Assembly: GCA_030765185.1 (NCBI GenBank)
Contig: JAVCDE010000024.1
Coordinates: 187,538-251,537, forward strand
From: Candidatus Aceula meridiana
GTDB taxonomy: Bacteria > Omnitrophota > Gorgyraeia > Zapsychrales > Aceulaceae
DNA: 64,000 nucleotides
Direction of reading: 5' to 3'
Positions within the stretch are counted from its first letter, which is position 1; each line of letters opens with the position of its first letter. The notes under the pieces were generated by a model. The model searched no databases. It had not been told where the DNA came from and saw only the letters and a list, made by a program, of their open reading frames with translations. A program made the translations under genes and the position numbers. Shown piece by piece: positions 59,915 through 64,000 of this stretch.

Positions 59915-59943
59915 TTTTAGAGCGCCTTAAAGGCGCCCTAAAC
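59915..59943 (-). terminator. Strong hairpin after rubrerythrin
   Basis: UUUUAGGGCGCCU-UUA-AGGCGCUCUAAAA; no 3' U-tract on the coding strand, so it may be a stability hairpin. Confidence 0.5.
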
Positions 59944-59951
59944 CATTTTTA

Positions 59952-60491
59952 TTAGCTAAGACTCAAATCAGCTGGCTCATAATATTCTTTTGGATGCTTA
60001 CAAGACGGACAAACATTAATTGGCTCGACTCCTTCGTGGATATATCCACATTTGCTGCATTTCCACTTAATTGATTTTTCTCTCTTAAAGACTGTCCCAT
60101 CTTCAACCATCTTTAAAAGTTTTTTGTATCTCTCCTCATGTCTTTTTTCAACTTTAGCAACTTGTTCAAAAAAACGAGCTGCATCATCGAAGCCTTCTTC
60201 TTTAGCAATTTTAGCAAAATCAGGATACATCGAAACAGTTTCATAATGCTCACCGCCGATGGCTTCTTGTAAATTGGCAACGGTATCACCGATACCATTT
60301 AAAAGTTTAAACTCATCTTTGGCATGCTGCATTTCATTAATAGCAGTCTCCTCAAAAATACTGCCGATATAGTGATAACCTTGTTTACGGGCGATTTTAG
60401 CAAAGTAGGTATATTTGTTTCTTGCTTGAGATTCACCTGCAAAGGCAGCCTTCAAGTTCTCTTCCGTTTTTGTTCCTTTTAACTCTAACAT
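59952..60491 (-). CDS. rbr: Rubrerythrin
   Basis: [26 protein letters not shown]-terminal CSKC...CPSC. Confidence 0.95.
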   Translation of the reverse strand: MLELKGTKTEENLKAAFAGESQARNKYTYFAKIARKQGYHYIGSIFEETAINEMQHAKDEFKLLNGIGDTVANLQEAIGGEHYETVSMYPDFAKIAKEEGFDDAARFFEQVAKVEKRHEERYKKLLKMVEDGTVFKREKSIKWKCSKCGYIHEGVEPINVCPSCKHPKEYYEPADLSLS

Positions 60492-60497
60492 TTTCTC

Positions 60498-60564
60498 CTC
60501 CTTAAATGAGCGCCTGGCTTACGAAACCATTAGGTAACGTCAAGTCAGCCGCACGAATTTATCC
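60498..60564 (-). repeat. Structured leader element, copy 2 (homologous to 960-1026)
   Basis: CTCCTT-aa-ATGAGCGC-ctggc-TTACGAAA-N9-AACGT-caagTCA-N6-CGAATTTATCC, with an adjacent GGCTGC/GCAGCC hairpin. Confidence 0.7.
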
Positions 60565-60613
60565 TTTTTTGGCTGCGGCCTAGCAGCCGAAAAAGAACTT
60601 CTCTATTTTTTTA

Positions 60614-61321
60614 TTAATACCCTATGAAGTTTTCCGTCTTCACCTTATTCATATCGCAGCCGAGCCCTTGACAAATCGTCCTCATGGCCTCAACCATCTT
60701 AGGCGGCCCGGAAATAAAAAAAATACGGTCCTTAAAGTCCGGGATCTGGCTTGAAACCAAATCTGCGGTAATCACTCCTTTAAAATAATCTTTATTTTGA
60801 GGATTTTCCTCTACAATCGTATAAATTACCCGAATATTCTCCTTTTCTCGCCAAAGATCAAACTCGCCTTTAAAAGGAATATCATTCTCTTGTAGATTAG
60901 AATAAACAACCGCTGCATCCACAGGAAGATTGTTATAAACAATGTGTTCTAACATCGAAGTGACAGGCGTAATGCCGATGCCGCCAATTAAAAATGCAAT
61001 TTTCTCAAATGCCTTGTCAAATACACAGGTCCCCATTGGGCCTTTTAAAAGGACTTCGTCTTCTTTTTTTAAATCTAAAAGTTTTTTACAAAAGTCGCTG
61101 TCACTTTTACGCTTGGTTAATTCAATGAAACCCTTCCCTGGCCTGCAGGAAAATGACAGATACTTATTAAGGCTCTTGTTGGTGCGATTCCCTTGGTCAA
61201 AAATAACCTGCAAAAATTGACCTGCGCAAAAATCAACAGGCTCTTTAGGTAAAAAACGAAAACTGCTTACAGTCTCAGTCCTATCGATGCGGTCCAAAAA
61301 TGTCGCTCTGATTTCTTTCAT
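60614..61321 (-). CDS. FNR-family FAD/NAD(P)H oxidoreductase
   Basis: AGQF, GPMG, GGIGITP, SGPPKM, C-terminal ENFIGY. Confidence 0.87.
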   Translation of the reverse strand: MKEIRATFLDRIDRTETVSSFRFLPKEPVDFCAGQFLQVIFDQGNRTNKSLNKYLSFSCRPGKGFIELTKRKSDSDFCKKLLDLKKEDEVLLKGPMGTCVFDKAFEKIAFLIGGIGITPVTSMLEHIVYNNLPVDAAVVYSNLQENDIPFKGEFDLWREKENIRVIYTIVEENPQNKDYFKGVITADLVSSQIPDFKDRIFFISGPPKMVEAMRTICQGLGCDMNKVKTENFIGY

Positions 61322-61728
61322 TTAGCGTCCTTTTGGCAATCACGGCAAATACCGTAAAAATATCCTTGAAAATCTTCTATCGAATGTCCCTCAACGGCAC
61401 AATTTTTTAAGACGTTGCAAACAGGCATTTCAACATCAAGAATCTTTTTACACTTTCTGCACAAAAAATGATGGTGAATCCCTTCTTTAAGCTCGTACAA
61501 AGATTTATCAAAATCAATCTTAATCTCGGAAATAATATCATTAATTTTAAAATTTTCTAAAATGGAATATACCGTCCCTAAAGAAATCGCAGGAACTTTT
61601 TTACGAGCCTTCTGATAAACCTCATCAGCGCTCAAATGCCCTTTACCGTTAAAAGCCATGTATACGCTTAAACGCTGTGGCGTTACCTTAATGTTTTTTT
61701 CTCGTAAGATTTGACTAGTCTCGTTCAT
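61318..61728 (-). CDS. Fur-family regulator, probably PerR-like
   Basis: KVTPQR, HLSADE, SLGTVY, HHHFLCRKC, CRDC; lies inside the peroxide/superoxide cluster. Confidence 0.88.
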   Translation of the reverse strand: MNETSQILREKNIKVTPQRLSVYMAFNGKGHLSADEVYQKARKKVPAISLGTVYSILENFKINDIISEIKIDFDKSLYELKEGIHHHFLCRKCKKILDVEMPVCNVLKNCAVEGHSIEDFQGYFYGICRDCQKDAK

Positions 61729-62200
61729 GACATTTTTGCTTCCAGGTCGCCGGTGGCGAGAGATTTATAATATTGCTAACGCTAACCTCGATTAAATATT
61801 TAGGCGCAACAGGTAAATGCGCCTCATGATGCTTGTGAGACTTTTTTCCCATCCGGACGCTTTTGGCGACGCGCGTTGTAATACGGGATGCGACCTTTTT
61901 CTCCCATTCTTCCAAAATCGCTTCTTTAATTTTCACAAGAGGAATAATTTTGGCTTTTCCTTGAAGGCTGTATCCTTTAAATAGGTGCTCATCAACCGCT
62001 GTCAGGCTAATAGTTGGATTCTTTTTTAAATTGCAAAAAGTTCGATAAAGATACAGATCAATTAAAAAAATCTTTCCTGTGCCCTTAACACTGACAACGC
62101 CTTTAACCGAAGAATGAATTCTTCCTTTACTATCCAAGGTGGCCACAACAACCCCACCCTGCTTTTCAAAGAAATTTATAATATCTTTAGAAAGTTTCAT
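61715..62200 (-). CDS. Pyridoxamine 5'-phosphate oxidase-like FMN-binding protein
   Basis: VATLDSKG..H, T..NL..NP, GYSLQGKA split-barrel pattern. Confidence 0.75.
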   Translation of the reverse strand: MKLSKDIINFFEKQGGVVVATLDSKGRIHSSVKGVVSVKGTGKIFLIDLYLYRTFCNLKKNPTISLTAVDEHLFKGYSLQGKAKIIPLVKIKEAILEEWEKKVASRITTRVAKSVRMGKKSHKHHEAHLPVAPKYLIEVSVSNIINLSPPATWKQKCHERD

Positions 62201-63378
62201 TTAGTGCTGACCTTTTCCTTGATTAAAGGTAAATACTCTTCTAGGCTTTTAATTTCATCACTGTCAGGCACAAACTGGATATATTTTCCATCGGTTAAAA
62301 GCTCAAAGCCTGCGTCCTTAATTGAATCTTCAAATTCTTTAAAACCAATTTTAGACCATCCGTAAGAGCCAAATGTTAACGCAAAACGATTTTTGGTTTT
62401 AAGGCCTTTAAGATACATTAAAAGTGCTGCCATGGTTGGAAGCATTCTATTGTTTAGTATCGGCGTACCAAACAATACAATCTTAGCCGTTAAAACATCT
62501 GTGACAATATCCGAAATGTGGGCTTCTTGAAGTCCAATCATTTTAACGGCGATACCGGTTTTATCAATAAGCTCTTGGAACCGCGTTGCCATCTGACGCG
62601 TCGAATTCCACATCGTATCATAGATGATTAAAACTTTATCGTCAGCCTCATAACTTGCCCACTTTTTGTAAGCAGCAACAATGGACTCAATGTCTTCTTT
62701 TTTGCGCCAAATAAGGCCGTGTGACGGTGCGATAACATCGATGGCTAAATCTTTAATAGCCTCAAGAACTTTTAAAACTTGATTTCCGTAAGGCATTACG
62801 ATGTTGGCATAATACTTAGCTGCATCTTCCATAAGAATATCGGTTCCATATTCATCTACATAACGTTCAGATGAGGCACGATGCTGACCAAAAGCATCAT
62901 TAGGAAATAAAATTTTATCTTGAGGGCTATATGTTGCCATGGAGTCCGGCCAATGCACCATCGGCATAAGTAAAAACTTTAACTTTCTTTTACCGATATC
63001 TAATTCATCGCCTGTGTTGACGACCTTAAACTTCCAATCTTTTTTAAAATGGCGCTTAAGCTCTTCCTCCCCTTTAGGCGAACAAACAATTTCGGCATTG
63101 GGGCAAAGCTCTAAAAGTTTATCGATAGAACCAGAGTGATCCATTTCAGTATGATTGGAAATAATATATTGAATTTTGGCAGGATCAATAATTTCTTTAA
63201 TTCTGGTAATCATCTCATCAGCGCCATAGTATTTGGCAGTGTCTATGAGCGTTGGTTTTTCATCAACGATTAAATAAGCGTTATAAGTTGAACCGGTTGG
63301 AGTTTCATAACCATGAAAATTGCGCAAATCCCAATCAATATATCCAGTCCAAAAGATATCCTCTTTAAGCTTATGCAT
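62197..63378 (-). CDS. fprA: Flavodiiron protein (FprA/ROO; O2/NO reductase)
   Basis: GSTYNAY, NHTEMDHSG, HWPD, NDAFGQH, PSHG, C-terminal flavodoxin (FGSYGW). Confidence 0.95.
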   Translation of the reverse strand: MHKLKEDIFWTGYIDWDLRNFHGYETPTGSTYNAYLIVDEKPTLIDTAKYYGADEMITRIKEIIDPAKIQYIISNHTEMDHSGSIDKLLELCPNAEIVCSPKGEEELKRHFKKDWKFKVVNTGDELDIGKRKLKFLLMPMVHWPDSMATYSPQDKILFPNDAFGQHRASSERYVDEYGTDILMEDAAKYYANIVMPYGNQVLKVLEAIKDLAIDVIAPSHGLIWRKKEDIESIVAAYKKWASYEADDKVLIIYDTMWNSTRQMATRFQELIDKTGIAVKMIGLQEAHISDIVTDVLTAKIVLFGTPILNNRMLPTMAALLMYLKGLKTKNRFALTFGSYGWSKIGFKEFEDSIKDAGFELLTDGKYIQFVPDSDEIKSLEEYLPLIKEKVSTK

Positions 63379-63403
63379 TTTTTCTCTCTCTTTAATTTAT
63401 TTT

Positions 63404-63565
63404 TTATTCAACAACTTCAAAGTCTTCCTTAGAAACTCCACATTCTGGGCAAACCCATGTGTCTGGAATGTCTTCAAAAGCAGTGCCTGCGGCAACACCG
63501 TTATCTGGATCACCGGCAACTGGATCATAGATATAGCCACAAACTGTGCATTTGTATTTTTTCAT
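63404..63565 (-). CDS. rub: Rubredoxin (53 aa, missed by the ORF track)
   Basis: [53 protein letters not shown]; AAGGAG RBS at 63573-63578. Confidence 0.97.
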   Translation of the reverse strand: MKKYKCTVCGYIYDPVAGDPDNGVAAGTAFEDIPDTWVCPECGVSKEDFEVVE

Positions 63566-63757
63566 AAATGAGCTCCTTCTTTAAAAGTTAATATAAATTA
63601 TTGAGCGAATTTATCCCAGGAAGTTCGCTTTTACTTTATGGCGAACGCCCGTGGGATTTCCTTAATCTACCTTAAAATCAAAATAATTCTTTTCTTCATC
63701 AATCCTTGCCAGAGTCAGCAAGGACGAGTTCGTCGTAATGAATCAAACGACTCACTC

Positions 63758-63795
63758 AGGAATGATTATTATATAGAAACTATTCCTATTGTCAA
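63758..63795 (-). promoter_or_regulatory. Consensus promoter of the O2-defence operon with candidate Fur/PerR boxes
   Basis: TTGACA(63795-63790)-16-TATAAT(63773-63768). Pseudo-palindrome ATAGAAACTATTCCTAT fills the spacer; a second AGGAATGATTATTAT covers the -10/+1 region. Confidence 0.7.
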
Positions 63796-63868
63796 GAAAA
63801 AAATAGACACAGTTATCCGGATTGCCTAGCCTGGCAACTTGCTTTAGATTAAAAATTTTCTTTTGAAT

Positions 63869-64000
63869 TTACTGCGCGTAGCTTAGCTGAAGATTTTTAT
63901 CGCCTTCTTGAACGGCGCCAAGAAACACAGGAAGATTAACAACCGGGGTAACGCTAATAATAACTGGATAAAGTCCATTAATTTCGATATTTGAAGAGCT
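63869..64000 (-). CDS. 3' end of a third member (C) of the exported modular family, entering from outside the window
   Basis: Translation SSSNIEINGLYPVIISVTPVVNLPVFLGAVQEGDKNLQLSYAQ* matches the 2029-aa tail QIQIDGLVPVIINIMPMPQLPQLLG...ELSLLK. Confidence 0.85.
   Translation of the reverse strand, partial: SSSNIEINGLYPVIISVTPVVNLPVFLGAVQEGDKNLQLSYAQ

Noticed and set aside
2071-63829. Numerous 60-165-aa ORFs overlapping long genes on the opposite strand or frame
   Set aside because: They have no motifs or RBS support and are explained as shadows of well-supported genes.
1-64000. Idea that the partial ORFs at both window ends are one gene on a circular 64-kb element
   Set aside because: Joining them would skip the end of the N-domain, all cargo and GGID, and would not keep frame. 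The content (rpsB, tRNAs, metK) is chromosomal.

Overview
A 64-kb chromosomal window of an AT-rich, anaerobic, LPS-making (Gram-negative) bacterium. Gene content and a distinctive protein family suggest Candidatus Omnitrophota (PVC group); this is inferred, not proven. Nearly all genes are on the minus strand. The housekeeping blocks are: rpsB-tsf-pyrH-frr, three tRNAs, a permease-less PTS (EIIA, yvcK, ptsH, ptsI), metK-ahcY-pfkA-ilvC-leuA-aroE-pilD; msbA with divergent gnnA-like-lpxB; a MoxR-Bat operon; a glucan phosphorylase-like gene; PFOR; pckA; NrdR-controlled nrdDG; and a Fur/PerR-type O2-defence island that includes a rubredoxin missed by the ORF track. The standout is a dispersed family of large exported 'shell-and-cargo' proteins with three members in the window. 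One complete 2029-aa member lies at 41749-47838. The N-terminus of a second lies at 1-952 and the C-terminus of a third at 63869-64000; the ORF track misses both. Members share a signal peptide plus a ~320-aa N-domain (A, B) and a conserved C-terminal tail (B, C), around a variable interior. In the complete member the interior is punctuated by SS-[S/A/T]-[V/I/A] linkers and carries a degenerate HMG-CoA-lyase-like domain. The two visible upstream regions share the same promoter, upstream palindrome and LacI/cre-like operator at identical offsets. A separate ~70-nt structured leader is repeated in front of unrelated genes. No CRISPR array, integrase or transposase was seen.
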